A stretch of 64,000 nucleotides of DNA, taken from NCBI RefSeq assembly GCF_006345805.1, contig NC_042998.1, positions 149,916,001 to 149,980,000 on the forward strand. The letters run 5' to 3'. A model generated the notes under the pieces. That model had not been told where the DNA came from. It did not search any database and saw only the letters and a program-made list of their open reading frames with translations. Below, in pieces: positions 1-14,938 of the stretch. The stretch's first letter is position 1; the number at the start of each line of letters is the position of its first letter. This DNA comes from Octopus sinensis (lineage: Eukaryota). The position numbers and the translations under genes were made by a program.

Positions 1-219
1 ACTTTGTCAGTGACCAAGTCGCAGTTGGTGGGACGAAAATTTTGATACCAAATAATATGTGATTAAGAGAAGTGAACAGTCTTTGTGTATTTTTGATTCA
101 CTACTAGGTGCCTTCTGTACTGTAATTACTGTTGCATATATAAAGGTTTGTCTGTATGAGTTTATGTATGAATATGTGAGTGTTTGTCAGTTTGTATATG
201 TGTGTCTTTTTGTATGCAT

Positions 220-600
220 CCTTTGAAGCACTCCGTCGGTTCCGACGACGAGTGTTCCGGTTGATCCGAATCAACGGAACAGCCTGCTCGTGAAATTAAC
301 GTGTAAGTGGCTGAGCACTCCACAGACACGTGCACCCTTAACGCAGTTCTCGGGGATATTCAGCATGACACAGAGAGTGACAAGGCCGGCCCTTTGAAAT
401 ACAGGTACAACAGAAACAGGAAGTAAGAGTGAGAGAAAGTTGTGGTGAAAGAGTACAGCAGGGATCACCACCATCCCCTGCCGGAGCCTCGTGGAGCTTT
501 AGGTGTTTTCGCTCAATAAACACTCACAACGCCCGGTCTGAGAATCGAAACCGCGATCCTACGACCGCGAGTCCGCTGCCCTAACCACTGGGCCATTGCG
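220..600 (-). mobile_element. tRNA-derived SINE (family 1, tail type a) with 11-bp target-site duplication
   Basis: Minus strand begins cgcaaTGGCCCAGTGGttagg (A box) ... GGTTTCGATTCtc (B box). Flanked by the direct repeat tttgtatgcat (209-219, 601-611). Head homologous to 20672-20963. Confidence 0.85.
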
Positions 601-1088
601 TTTGTATGCATACTCCTCCTGTATGTACATTTTGGATGAGTAATTCATTAAAACTCTGATTCAGAGAAAATAATTGTTTCAGGTCAAGTTAACTCTGCAA
701 GAAATTTCAGAATGTTTTGAATTTTCGGGCTAAATTTCAAAATGTAGTATTTTTGGCGACTTTGAAGGTTTAGATTATTTGCTGTCCAAGAATAAAGAAG
801 TTTTTATTTGTTTTTTGCTTTTCACTTGATATAAGCTGTCGCGGGACTGTTGAACGATATATGATTGTAATATACCCCTTGGAGAATTTTTTCGCGGTTT
901 CTGTTGTTAGAAGTGGCGAAGATTTGACGCCACCGTGTGTCGCTGTTGCATGTAGATGACGCCCGTTTGCAGAAAGTTAAGGAGTACTCGAAATGAAAGC
1001 AAGTAATTTGTTAAAGCATTGGAAGAAGAGCACGGAGTTCGTTACTAAAACTTGGGATGCAACAGAGTGACAGAGAGGGAAAGAGAGT

Positions 1089-1141
<53 letters not shown>

Positions 1142-1839
1142 TGGTGTACACTACAATTTTGCAGTCTGACAAGAAACTTCTGAACCAAGAGATGAGTAAC
1201 GGATAAACTCACAGTCGGGCGACATGAATACGGTAGCGAGTCCCTATATGAATATAAATGTGTGTGTGTGTGTGTGTATGTGTTTTGCCTGTGTGTTGTG
1301 TGCGTGCATGTGTGTGTGTGTGTGTGTGGTGTGCACGAAAGGAGAACGGAGAGAGTATATGTGTATGTATCTTTGGGCGGGACTATGAAGGCAGTTTTCG
1401 TTATGTGAGTACAGCAGCAGACATACAAGAAGCCAGACAATTTGTGTGTGTGACTCTGTGTGTGTGTGTGTTTGTGTGTGTTTATGTGTGCGTGTTAAAT
1501 AAACAATCTTTCTGAATATGTATCAATGTGGGTATGTTCTGTATATACTATACAGTGCATAGCATACTTCATATATCTCCTATCTCCATCTTTTAAATAC
1601 ATACACATGTACATATATATATATATATATATATACATATATATATTCGCACATGCATAAACGCACACAGATACACAAATATACATATATGTGTGTGTAT
1701 ATTTGTGTGTAGATATCAATGGGTGCGCTTGTGTTTGTGTGTGTGTATATATGTAGTCAATTTAATCAGAGAAAAAGTAGAAAAAGAAAAAAAAAACGCG
1801 AGGACGTAGCGCAGAAAACATATGTACATACATACATAT

Positions 1840-1980
1840 ACTTAGCGGTTCGGCAAAAGAGATCCGATATGATAAATACTAGGCTTACAACGAATAAGTC
1901 CAGGGGCGATATGTTCGACTAAAGGCGATGTTCCAGCCTGCCCGCAGTCAAATGACTAAAACAAATAAAAGGATGAAAGA
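1840..1980 (+). mobile_element. 3' module of bipartite SINE family 2
   Basis: acttagcggttcggcaaaagag...ataaatactaggcttacaa...ttcgactaaaggcg...cagtcaaatgact matches the 3' half of 15287-15700 and 39180-39590. Confidence 0.75.
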
Positions 1981-1999
1981 ATACACGCACACGCACACA

Positions 2000-2037
2000 C
2001 ACATGGAAACACGCACACATACAAACATACAAACACA

Positions 2038-2075
<38 letters not shown>

Positions 2076-2545
2076 AAGGTCGATAAAGATTGATAAATTT
2101 AAATATGTGAGATTATGTGTCTTAGGGAGAATTACTGTACGAAAACCGATACAAACGTACACATATATACACACATATGTACATATACATATACACATAC
2201 ATAGATATACACACATATGCACTCTCATACACCAATATACATGCACACAGATACACGCATTATTCATATGCTCATGTACACGCGCATACATACATCTACA
2301 CATCTGTACATACATACATACATACATACATACATGCATACATACATACATACATACATACATACATACATACATACATACATACATACATACATGCATA
2401 CATGCAAAATTTATATGCGAACCTACTTCAATACGCTTTCCTGCATCAGAAAACCTCGTGTTTTTATTTTTTTTTGTCACAAGAACAAAATAAATAAAAG
2501 AAAAACACATAAATATATTAAATGAATAAATAACTTAATAGATAA

Positions 2546-2598
<53 letters not shown>

Positions 2599-2610
2599 AG
2601 ATAGACAGAC

Positions 2611-2673
<63 letters not shown>

Positions 2674-2678
2674 CAGAC

Positions 2679-2744
<66 letters not shown>

Positions 2745-2839
2745 GTAAATAACTGTTGGCAACAGCAAAAACAGTAACAAAAACAACAACAATACTTACT
2801 GATGTTGACAGATTACCAAATATCGATAGTGAATTAACA

Positions 2840-2897
<58 letters not shown>

Positions 2898-3074
2898 GTG
2901 GTGTGTGTGTGTGTATACGTGTTAATTCACTATATGTATATATATATAATATATATATATATGTGGTGTGTGTGTGTGTGTGAAAATTATATGTATATAT
3001 AATATATAAATAATATATATACATATATATATCCATAATATATATGCATATAGATATATATATATATATAATAT

Positions 3075-3113
<39 letters not shown>

Positions 3114-3169
3114 TATATATATATATGCATATATATATATATGCATATATATATATAATATATTATATA

Positions 3170-3217
<48 letters not shown>

Positions 3218-3234
3218 TGCATATATGTATATAT
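2000..3234. repeat. Compound microsatellite block (CA)n,(TACA)n,(GATA)n,(TA)n
   Basis: Directly visible tandem tracts. Confidence 0.95.
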
Positions 3235-3696
3235 TAAGCATACGTGGGCACAGGACGGAGAGAAAGAAAGAAAGATACACAAGTTAGGAGAAGAAAGATG
3301 GCCGATGGAACAAGGAAGACGTGTTCTTGCTTGCCTCCTATCCACGCTTGATTTACGCGTTCCCCATCACAACATCGTTAAGGCGTAACAACCCTTCCTG
3401 TTTGTTTTCACTGTCCTGTTTGTGTTACCTATTTTGGCCCACAGTAAAATCCCAAATTATATTTAATTTGCTTTGCAGGAGCAACTGTTTTATCGAAAGC
3501 GTATATTGCTCTTAAATGCTCGAAATACGAGACTGGAAAAACAGCCAACAACTGATAAAGGGTCGTTCTTTATGTTGTTTGTTTTGTTTTCCATTTGTGT
3601 CTTTCGTTGTTCGAAAGAATAGTTCATGTCCATGTACTTGTACTTCGTATCTTTTGTAGTACACGTTAAATGACCTCCTGTTCCCACGTATGCTTA
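3235..3696. mobile_element. Non-autonomous element with 21-bp terminal inverted repeats in (TA)n (MITE-like)
   Basis: taagcatacgtgggcacagga at the left end versus tcctgttcccacgtatgctta at the right end (1 mismatch). TA-repeat flanks. Confidence 0.65.
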
Positions 3697-3851
3697 TATA
3701 TATACGTATAGATGTAGGTATGTACATATACGCATGTATATATGCATATATACATGTATTATTTATATTATTCTATGATCGAACGTCAAGCATCATCTTC
3801 CAAGTATATGTATATATATATATGTGTATATATGTATATATGTATATATGT

Positions 3852-3903
<52 letters not shown>

Positions 3904-3966
3904 ATATATATGCATGCATACAAACATACATACATACGTATAACAACATATATAAACATATATGTT

Positions 3967-4002
<36 letters not shown>

Positions 4003-4412
4003 ATATCATATATATACATATGGTTGTGTGTGTGTTATAGGTAATTGCTTCGACATTATATATGAATCAATCATGGTCTGCTGTTAGAAGTAAACTACGT
4101 CTCATTAGAAACTGTGAAACGGGAATAAGGGGAGGTAATTAATTACTAAAAAGTATTTAGTCCTGTACTGTACCACTCCTGTAATTATATTCGCTTTTGT
4201 TAACAACACAAAAGTACACTCTTTATTTGGGGAGGTGGGTGATGTGTTAGTCGTTGAATCACCCCACCCTTCCTCCTTTTTTTATGTTTCCGAATCCAGA
4301 AAAACAAATATGACCATCACGAGAGGGATTTGAACTCTGGAAGCAAAGAGCCGGACTGAAGAAACACAAAGCATTTTGTCCAGAGCTCTAGTGTTTCTCC
4401 TAACCCCCAAAC

Positions 4413-4481
<69 letters not shown>

Positions 4482-4482
<1 letters not shown>

Positions 4483-4863
4483 GCCCTGACGCAGTACCAG
4501 ACAGTGGCTCTCATGGTTTCTGATCTTAACTGATTGGAAGGGTTTTCATGTACATTGTTCTGTCTTGGTATAGAAGATGGGCTACGGCAAATATGCTGCT
4601 CTATACTACAGATTTGCTTGTCAGTTGCTTGACCTAACCGGTTGAGCATGTCCCTTAGTGGCTGATGATATGTGCATCTTTGATCATGAGCAGAAGTAGT
4701 GGGGGAGCATCATAGCCGTGTGTTGAAAGGAATTGCCAGAGGTTTGGATAATTCACCTTTGTGCTTGGTGTACCGTTATCAGATGGGTAGTCATGATGGA
4801 TATACTGGGTTTCGTATATTTTACCTCAGTGTCACTTTGATAGCATGCACTGCTCTCCCACTC
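4482..4863. repeat. Putative interspersed repeat flanked by (TAA)n on both sides
   Basis: Complex ~380-bp block with sharp boundaries at (TAA)n runs and no ORF. Single copy in this window. Confidence 0.35.
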
Positions 4864-4872
4864 AATAATAAT

Positions 4873-5664
4873 ATTAGTTTCAAATTTTGGCATAAGGCCA
4901 GCAATATCGAGGGCGGAAGTTGATTACATCGACCATCGACCCGAAGGATAAAAGGCAAAGTGGACCTCGGTGGAATTTGACCAGTGAACGTAAGGACAGC
5001 GTGCTAACGATTGTGCAAGCTCACCGCCTTAATAATAATATTGGTTTCAAATTTTGCCACTGGGGCAGTAGTTTTGGGGAGGGGATTAATCCAATACATC
5101 GACCACAGTCTTTCACTGGTACCTAATTTATCGACCCCGAAATGTTAAATGGCAAAGTCGACTTCGGCGAAATTTGAACTTAGAACGTAGCGTCGGGCGA
5201 AATACCGCTAAGCATTTCGTGCAGCGCGCTAACGATTCTGCCAGCTTACCGCCTTAATAATTATGACAATCCTTTATACTATAGGCACAAGGCCTGAAAT
5301 TTGGTGGAAGGAGTAGTCGATCACATTGACCCTAGTACTCAACTGGTACTTAATTTATCGACCTCAAAAGGATGAAAGTTAAAGTCGATCCCGGTGGAAT
5401 TTGAACTCAGAAAGTAGAGACAGGCGAAATACCTATTTCTTTACTACCCACAAGGGGCTAAACACAGAGGGGACAAACAAGGACAGACAAACGGATTAAG
5501 TCGATTACATCGACCCCAATGCGTAACTGGTACTTAATTTATCGACCCCGAAAGGATGAAAGGCAAAGTCGACCTCGGCGGAATTTGAAATCAGAATGTA
5601 ACGGCAGACGAAATACGGCTACGCATTTCGCCCGGCGTGCTAACGTTTCTGCCAGCTCGCCGCC
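4873..5664 (-). mobile_element. Head-to-tail array of about 4 full/partial copies of SINE family 3
   Basis: Repeated unit (minus) ggcggcgagctggcagaa..gttagc...ttctgagttcaaattccgccgaggtcgactttgcctttcatcc..ggggtcgataaattaagtaccag. Units separated by TAA runs. Confidence 0.85.
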
Positions 5665-5686
5665 ATAATAATTATAATAATAATAA

Positions 5687-6241
5687 CCAGCGAGTCCCGT
5701 GAATTTTTCACGGAATTAACGGTAAATTTATTGGGTTATTTCTGAAAACTTCATCTAAAAACCTGAAAGCATAGCCTGTGTTTTCTCTGTATCAAAAGAT
5801 AGTCGCTCATCTGGTAATCATTAAAAAGTGAAGGAAATTGGAATACGATGATTAATTAATACACTTTATATATACACTTTACATACTTTATGCACAATTT
5901 TATAGACTTAATACATAGCACTCTCCCTCTTTCGCTATCATTCTTCGCCTTACCCTCTTTTTCTCCGTACTTTTTCTTTCGCTTTCCGCCTTTCCCTTCA
6001 ACTAATCACGTGAAAGTGTCCATAGACCAGCTAAGTAACAGAGAAAAAAATTAGTAAAAATTACACGTTCGCTTCCCCACCACCTCTTCCTTCTCCTTCC
6101 CATGTCTCTATTCCCCTCCCTAACCCTAACCCTAACTTCTCCCCACTGCATAACTCCTCCCCTCCCCCCACCTTCAAATAATCACGATGTAGCGTTACGG
6201 ACGGGCTAAGTAACGGAGAAACAAGCAGAATTATTATAAGA
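5687..6241 (-). mobile_element. Non-autonomous Helitron-like element
   Basis: Minus strand A^TCttataataatt 5' end. 3' hairpin ccgtgaa-aaa-ttcacgg followed by CTGG^T. Internal (TAACCC)n. Internal segment 5911-6064 recurs inverted at 7689-7844. Confidence 0.65.
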
Positions 6242-6339
6242 TAATTGGTGCGACTGATTAAAGAAAAGAGAACTTTAAAAAAGGGAATTGAGAACACTAT
6301 CTTGCTGCACAACAACAAGCCTTGGTAACAAATTCGAGG

Positions 6340-6935
6340 GCCAGTCTAAGAAATTAGCAAGTGCCGAATTTGCCCATATTGTGACTTAATATCCTAGGCT
6401 TGCCCAAAACTAGTATACATTGTAGTTACATGATGAAGCAGCAAAAGTTCTACACTGGAAACAAGTGGAGCCTAGAGAGAGGTAAGACAAAGTAACCTCA
6501 AACCACAGGGAATGAATGAATCGGAGACTTGGAAAGTCCTGTGCGATTTCTTAATCTAAGTAAGCTAGCTGTTTGAGCAAAACAAACGGACTTAGTGTGG
6601 TGAGTAAAGTAATCCACATCTGCTCTATAATTTATGTTGCATATTTATTTGCCCCACGGACGGTTAAAAAGGAAGGCGAGAACGTTCGCGTATACAATCC
6701 TCTTAAACACGAGTTGGCCAAATTGTGGAAAAAGAAAGAGATGAAGACAGTGCTAATTATTGTTGTGACCTTGGGTATAGCATCAACAGATATTAAGAGG
6801 AACATAAAGAAAATAAGAATAGAGTGTCCAGTAGAGCTGTTACGAAAAGCTTTCCTCCTTGACATAGGCTGTAGGTAGTATGTCCACTACTCATACAAGA
6901 TACCAGGATTTCCAACAAAATCTGAGTCAAATGAA
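6340..6935 (+). pseudogene. 3' fragment of an R4/Dong-like (REL-endonuclease) non-LTR retrotransposon
   Basis: Translation ..VKKEGENVRVYNPLKHELAKLWKKKEMKTVLIIVVTLG..IECPVELLRKAFLL resembles the C-terminal PD-(D/E)xK endonuclease region (KE.EK..KY..LK.E..RLW...VVPIVVGALG...LLQKA.LL). Followed by a (GAT)n tail. Confidence 0.7.
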
Positions 6936-6936
6936 T

Positions 6937-6974
<38 letters not shown>

Positions 6975-7688
6975 GCGATTTTATTATTACTGTTATTGTT
7001 TTTGTTGTCGTCGTTGTTATTGTTGATTTGTATCAGCAAGCACTCCTTTGAATCATTAAGTTAAACTTTTGTTTTCACAAACCAAGATCCTAAGGAACTG
7101 GTTAAAACCATTTTCTTCACTATGGGATTTCCAGGAAGAAATTTGGAATTTTTTCTTGATTTTCAACATTTAAAAAGACTTAGCGTTTCAAAAAGTGGGA
7201 GTCAATATTCGTTGGAACAGCAACTAGAAAATGGATTTCTGATAGCTTCTCACTACTCCTCTTCCGAACGTATAATGTAGCCGTGGCGGCAGCAGCCACA
7301 AATACGGTAAGTCGGTAAATCGGTCCGTTCTGCCCATGCACGTCATGTGTGAGGCACTGAACGGTCGGTTAAAATACTGGTAGCCTAATCTGTTCCAGAT
7401 CTCCATTTCGATAAAAACTGGGAGAAGAGGACAAGAGTGGTCTGTGTCACCGAGAAATGGGCCAAGAGAAAGCTAATCGGAAAGACTAGGTGAACGTTTA
7501 CATCGTCTCCGTCAGCTATTACTACCTTGCCGTAGTAATATGTCCTATATATATATGTCCTATATATATATATAGGGAGAGTGCTATGTATATCTGGTCA
7601 TTGGCTTTTATGTACAAATATCTCATTCCAGTGAGACTGCAATATATATATATATATATATATATATAATAGGACATATATATATATA

Positions 7689-7844
7689 TGTAATTTTAAC
7701 TAATTTTTTTTCTCTGTTACTTAGCTGGTCTATGGACACTTTCACGTGATTAGTTGAAGGGAAAGGCGGAAAGCGAAAGAAAAAGTACGGAGAAAAAGAG
7801 GGTAAGGCGAAGAATGATAGCGAAAGAGGGAGAGTGCTATGTAT
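7689..7844 (+). mobile_element. Fragment of the Helitron-like family at 5687-6241 (opposite orientation)
   Basis: Near-exact reverse complement of 5911-6064. Confidence 0.7.
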
Positions 7845-8140
7845 ATCTGGTCATTGGCTTTTATGTACAAATGTCTCATTCCAGTGAGACTGCAATATCT
7901 CCATCAATTCTTTGATAGTGAACAGATGTTATCATCACCGTTGTCAGACCTGATGTTCCTAGCTCGGCTCTCTAACAAAGCTGCAGTCCTGGGTGAAGCA
8001 AAGACCAAGCCAGGGCATTTGACATCAAGAATGATGTTAAGAAATTGCAGGCTTACACTTGTAGAAGTTCCATGGTCGTGTTCCATAGGGGATTGGTATC
8101 GTGCAACAATGTTCTATGGGGAAATTCTTGGCGCTGATGA
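7845..8140 (-). pseudogene. Degenerate LINE RT fragment (RTE-like)
   Basis: One minus frame gives HLFTIKELME (cf. DHIFTIRQLMEK after QxGFR); upstream IPIP...KPAIS (cf. IPIPK..YRPISL). Many stops. Confidence 0.35.
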
Positions 8141-8354
8141 TTAGGGTTATACACACACACACACACACACAGATGTGGGACGGAAGCGTCTTAACACACA
8201 CACACACAGATGTGTGTGTGTGTGTTAGACGCTTCCGTCCCAATCGCATGCTACGGGTACATTCCCACTGTTGACACCTTGAACAAGTGTCTTCTGTTAT
8301 AGCCACGGACCGACCAAAATCTTGCGAGTTAATTTGGTATATATATAAATGTTG

Positions 8355-9026
<672 letters not shown>

Positions 9027-10306
9027 CTGTATGTATGTATGTATGTATGTATGTATGTATGTAGTATGTATGTATGTATGTATGTATGTATGTATGTATT
9101 TATGTATGTATGTATTAGATTAATCGAGAAATCGGAACCGATTCGGGATAACTATATTTTTATGAATTTCTGTTCGCTTGCTCGTTTCGACACGGGATGT
9201 AATAACATAAGTGAAAATATTTTATGTGGTTAGACGATTTAGCGTCTATTTTTCAGCTTAAAGACAAGGAAATATTTTTCTTTTTGCCCTTATTTATAAT
9301 TGTATTTATAATTTCGACCTTAAAAGGTATTTTTCATATGCTGGCCACTGATAAAATACACCTATGCTATTAAACAACTGTGGTAGTGTTCGTTTTTCAT
9401 TTTTCTTCTTTCTTTTGCAGTAGGGTCTCTTTTATGTAATGGCAGTTTCTAAGGAATAACTTTAGTTAACATAGTTTATCCAAGCAATTACCGAAAGAAA
9501 ACTCCCTCAACTGGTGTATAAAATTCAATAACGAAAAATCATAGTAGATCACTCCAGTAAAATCGATCAACTGAAATTTTGGAAAATGCAATGTTAGTGG
9601 AGGTCTGGTCTTTACAGACAGCTGGTGAGTACAATAAGCTTGTTTCGGCCCTATTAGACATCTTCAATATGGCATTGTCATATGAGAATAATAAGCTTAT
9701 CTGAGGAAGTTAAATAAACCCAAATCATCTATATTACTTTGCACAGATCCACTCTGAAAGGCACGTTTTAAATCTCCAGAATTTCTATTAAATTACTTGA
9801 TATTTTTAGATTTTCACCCACCTCTTGAAGAAGGTTTCGCTCACTATTTACATGGGTAATTTCTGTTAATCGAACTTTTACTCCTCCCTATATCTACATG
9901 CCTGACACCAATATCTCTTAGTCTTTTTTGTGCGTAGTACAGTGGCATTCGCATCCCCACCGCCATCTTGTTCATACGATCTTGTAGTCGTTATATTTAT
10001 AAAATGTTAACGTTGTGTGTTTATGTGTTTATATTATTTACGTTTATTATGCTTGTGTATGTATATATCTGTGTGTCTGCTTATATTATGTAGGTGTGTG
10101 TGTGTGTTATTTGCGCATATAATATGTATGTACTTCACATGATAGTCACTTCATATATATATATATATATATATAAAACACTCCTCATCGTGTTGCAATG
10201 ATAATGCTGGTGATGATGAAGATGATGGTAAGGTGGAGGGGGGATTACTACGAGTATGGTGGTAGTAGTGGTGTACGGTGAGAAGGACGATGAACTATGA
10301 GGTAGC

Positions 10307-10349
<43 letters not shown>

Positions 10350-10399
10350 TAGTTAATGCGTAGATAATTCTTTATACGTCGTTACTCTGATGGCGGAGA

Positions 10400-11600
<1,201 letters not shown>

Positions 11601-12488
11601 GTTGCAAGTGTGGCCAACTACAAGTGGCCGTTGTCACAAGTCCTTTGCCCTCTTAGATTCGACCAAAAATATCACATAAATAAAACAATGGTTTTGCCAC
11701 CGGAAGTAGACGTTATTGTTTGTTTTGCCAGCATGTCGTCCAAAATACTCATACTAGTCTAGCTGGAAAAGAGGTTCTCTAAATTTAGACAGGAATAATG
11801 AAAATAGAATCTTAGTTATTAGATAAACAGATTTTGTAATTCGTAGTTGATTCTTGCTCAGTTGACTCTCGCCTTTTACGGTCCGATAAAATAAAACCCA
11901 ATGAAGTAGACAATACTCCACCTCTTTCACAAGGACTGGAGTATATTCCTGTTTAATTTAATTTAATCTTATTATTAGATATTATTGAGCTTCTGAAATT
12001 TCTATCGATGGTAGCGAAGGGATACTGAAAATTTCCCTTCTAAAGGCCTGGTTGTAGGCCTAACCTTCCGAGTTCTTTTACAGGGCTGAGAAAAACTGAA
12101 GGACCACTGCAATAAGTGGTTGAATCATAATTATTTGATTCTCCTGTATTTTCTTTTACCGAAAACCAGGAACATCTCAGTACCCGCCTCGCACAATGGG
12201 ATAACTTCCAGATATCCGTGACCTGGAAGTAACAACACAGGAGTGCTACTTGCTCAAGATAAACTCTACAGCAGTGACTCTGAACGTGGGGAACGTGGGG
12301 AATATGCCCCACAGGTGGGGCTGGGAAAATTATGGTGGAGCGTGGCGCCATAGACATCAGGCAAAAGGTTCTCATTAAAGTGAGTAATTTTTTTCTTAGT
12401 CAATAATCTTTTTTTTACTTTTGTGCTCAGTACTTAATAAAAGAATTACCAGTATATTCTTTTGTATTTAATAATTGTGATAAAATAC

Positions 12489-12745
12489 GGGCATATGGCG
12501 TAGTAGTTAAGAGCGCGGGCTAATAACCCCAAGATTCCAAGTTCGATTCCAGGTAGTTACCTGAATGATAATAATAATAATAATAATAATAACAACAGAA
12601 AAATACCTTAGGAATGAGAACCCGGATTCGAAACTTCCCCAAAACATCTGATGAAGGCTGGAGGGTATGTCAGCCGAAATTTTGTGTTAACAACAAACAA
12701 GATGAGGACAAAATCCGTCAAAATGTAAATAATGTAAATAATGTA
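12489..12745 (+). mobile_element. tRNA-derived SINE with an HHR-like 3' portion and (AATGTAAAT)n tail
   Basis: A box tggcgtagtagtt (12496), B box gttcgattcc (12541), (TAA)n spacer, then aacat-CTGATGA-a-ggctg..cagcc-GAAA-tttt-gtgtt (12643-12688), then a short tandem tail. Confidence 0.7.
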
Positions 12746-13056
12746 CTGAAAATAAAGTTGTTTTATTTTTCCGACCGCCGTTGGAGCATACATTTTTCAA
12801 TAAAGTTATAGTGGGGTCTGAGGGAAAATTGGCTGGGAAACACTACTCTACAGCTAACTCCACAGGCACAAAAGTGCGCGTCATCAAACAACTCTATCCA
12901 AGATACACATAAAGCTACAAAACTGTATTGCACGCCACCCTCGTTCGGTGTCCGGGCTGTTTCGTGTCCAATGGATCCGTCAATTGGCCGGTCCCTCTTG
13001 AAATTACATAAAAAGACAAGGGAGGGGAAAATATAATTAAGCTCTATATTAAGATG

Positions 13057-13156
13057 NNNNNNNNNNNNNNNNNNNNNNNNNNNNNNNNNNNNNNNNNNNN
13101 NNNNNNNNNNNNNNNNNNNNNNNNNNNNNNNNNNNNNNNNNNNNNNNNNNNNNNNN
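13057..13156. other. Assembly gap (100 N)
   Basis: Run of N. Confidence 1.
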
Positions 13157-13434
13157 ATAAGGAGTTATTTTGGAAAACGATGATATAGGAAGTATATAGG
13201 GAAATAAGAGAATAAAAATAAAAGTAAAATTATATGTAGAATGTTACAGTTGCACCAAAAATTACAGTATCATTCCTTTTGTTATTGCTTTTTAATAACA
13301 AAATATGATCTATCGGAATCTATATACCATGGACAAGAAGCATTTCTACCCATTCTAAACAGCACTTTCCTTGGATAATGGAACTGCAACTGTAACAACA
13401 AAAATTCGTCTATAGAGGATGTATCACAACTGCC

Positions 13435-13758
13435 TTCAACTCTCAGGCCGACTAAAGCATTGCGAATGGATTTGGTAGACGGAAACTGAAAGAAATCCAT
13501 TGTATATGTATGTGTTTGTGTTTGTACTTGTTACCCCACCACCACCACCACCACCACCACCACCATTTGATAACCTGTGTTGATGTTTTTATGTCTGTAA
13601 CTTAGCAGATCGTCAAAGGGTAACGATAGATTATGTATCAGGCTTTTAAAAATATAAGTACTAGGTTCGACTCGTTCGAGTAAAATTCTTCGAGACGGTG
13701 CTTCAATATGGTCGTAGTCTAATGACTGAAATAAATTAAAGATAAAAGATAAAAGATA
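13435..13758 (+). mobile_element. 5'-truncated, diverged bipartite SINE family 2 copy
   Basis: ggccgactaaagc..ggatttggtagacggaaactgaaagaa..[TG tract]..cttagcag..aagtactagg..aatgactgaaa. Confidence 0.7.
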
Positions 13759-13778
13759 CATATCTATCTATCTATCTA

Positions 13779-13836
<58 letters not shown>

Positions 13837-13870
13837 CATCTATCTGTCTGTCTGTCTGTCTGTCTGTCTG

Positions 13871-13975
<105 letters not shown>

Positions 13976-14251
13976 TATTACCACAGTGGTGTTCCAGCAT
14001 GGCTGCAGCTGTATAGTTGACATGTATAAAGGATAACCGAACTGAACATATATATATACATAGATACTAAGCAATAAAGGGTTTAGCAACGAATTGCCTT
14101 ACCACATACCGAATTTAGAAATAGCAGTCAAAGAGTTATAGCTATTTCTCTACTAAAAAGGGAGATCTCAGTAAAAACAGCAATTGGAAGGCAGACACAA
14201 ACAGGTAAGAGAGAATGAATTGACGGCAATCTATCATACAATTTTAAGTTA

Positions 14252-14351
14252 TCTACGGACGTACGTTTCGAAATCAAGTTTTTAGGAAAGCATAAGAATT
14301 AAATATTAAATAATTCTATCTCACCAAAACTTCTTTTCTCTTCAGCGTAGA
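14252..14351 (-). ncRNA. Type I hammerhead ribozyme (copy 1)
   Basis: Minus: tctacg-CTGAAGA-gaaa..[extended stem II]..tttc-GAAAC-gtac-GTC^cgtaga. Stem I 6 bp, GUC cleavage triplet. Confidence 0.85.
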
Positions 14352-14838
14352 AACTATAATCATAAATGATTATATATGAATTTTGAGATACTAGAAGGCA
14401 CCAACTCAACTCAGTATCAGAGCGAGCTAGAATCCGCAACTAGTATCCCAAAATTCAATGTGTGAATGAAAAGATTGTGTCACCAGCCCCTTCCCACCGC
14501 GTGTAGCCAAAACAAGCTGCTGTGTCATCTACTGAGATAAAATATGGTTATCCGTAATAATGAAGGGTGAAATTAATTAATTTGGAATAATTATCAATTA
14601 CACCAAGTAGTCTTCGGCATGTAAAAGCCTCATTCGAGGAAAATTTAAGTAATACTAAGCAATAAAGGTTTAGCAACGAATTGCCTTACCACATACCGAA
14701 TTTAGAAATAGCAGTCAAAGAGTTATAGCTATTTCTTCTACTAAAAAGGGAGATCTCAGTAAAAACAGCAATTGGAAGGCAGACACAAACAGGTAAGAGA
14801 GAATGAATTGACGGCAATCTATCATACATTTTAAGTTA

Positions 14839-14938
14839 TCTACGGACGTACGTTTCGAAATCAAGTTTTTAGGAAAGCATAAGAATTAAATATTAAATAA
14901 TTCTATCTCACCAAAACTTCTTTTCTCTTCAGCGTAGA
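14839..14938 (-). ncRNA. Type I hammerhead ribozyme (copy 2)
   Basis: Same fold, 587 nt from copy 1. Confidence 0.85.

Noticed and set aside
6120-6137. Telomeric repeat (TAACCC)n
   Set aside because: Only about 3 units, inside a Helitron-like element; not a telomere.
12165-12385. Possible host exon (cag...gtgagt)
   Set aside because: All three plus frames contain stops; no independent support.
12489-12560. tRNA gene (also 530-600, 15287-15360, 20672-20725)
   Set aside because: A/B boxes are present, but there is no complete cloverleaf or acceptor stem and each continues into a SINE body.
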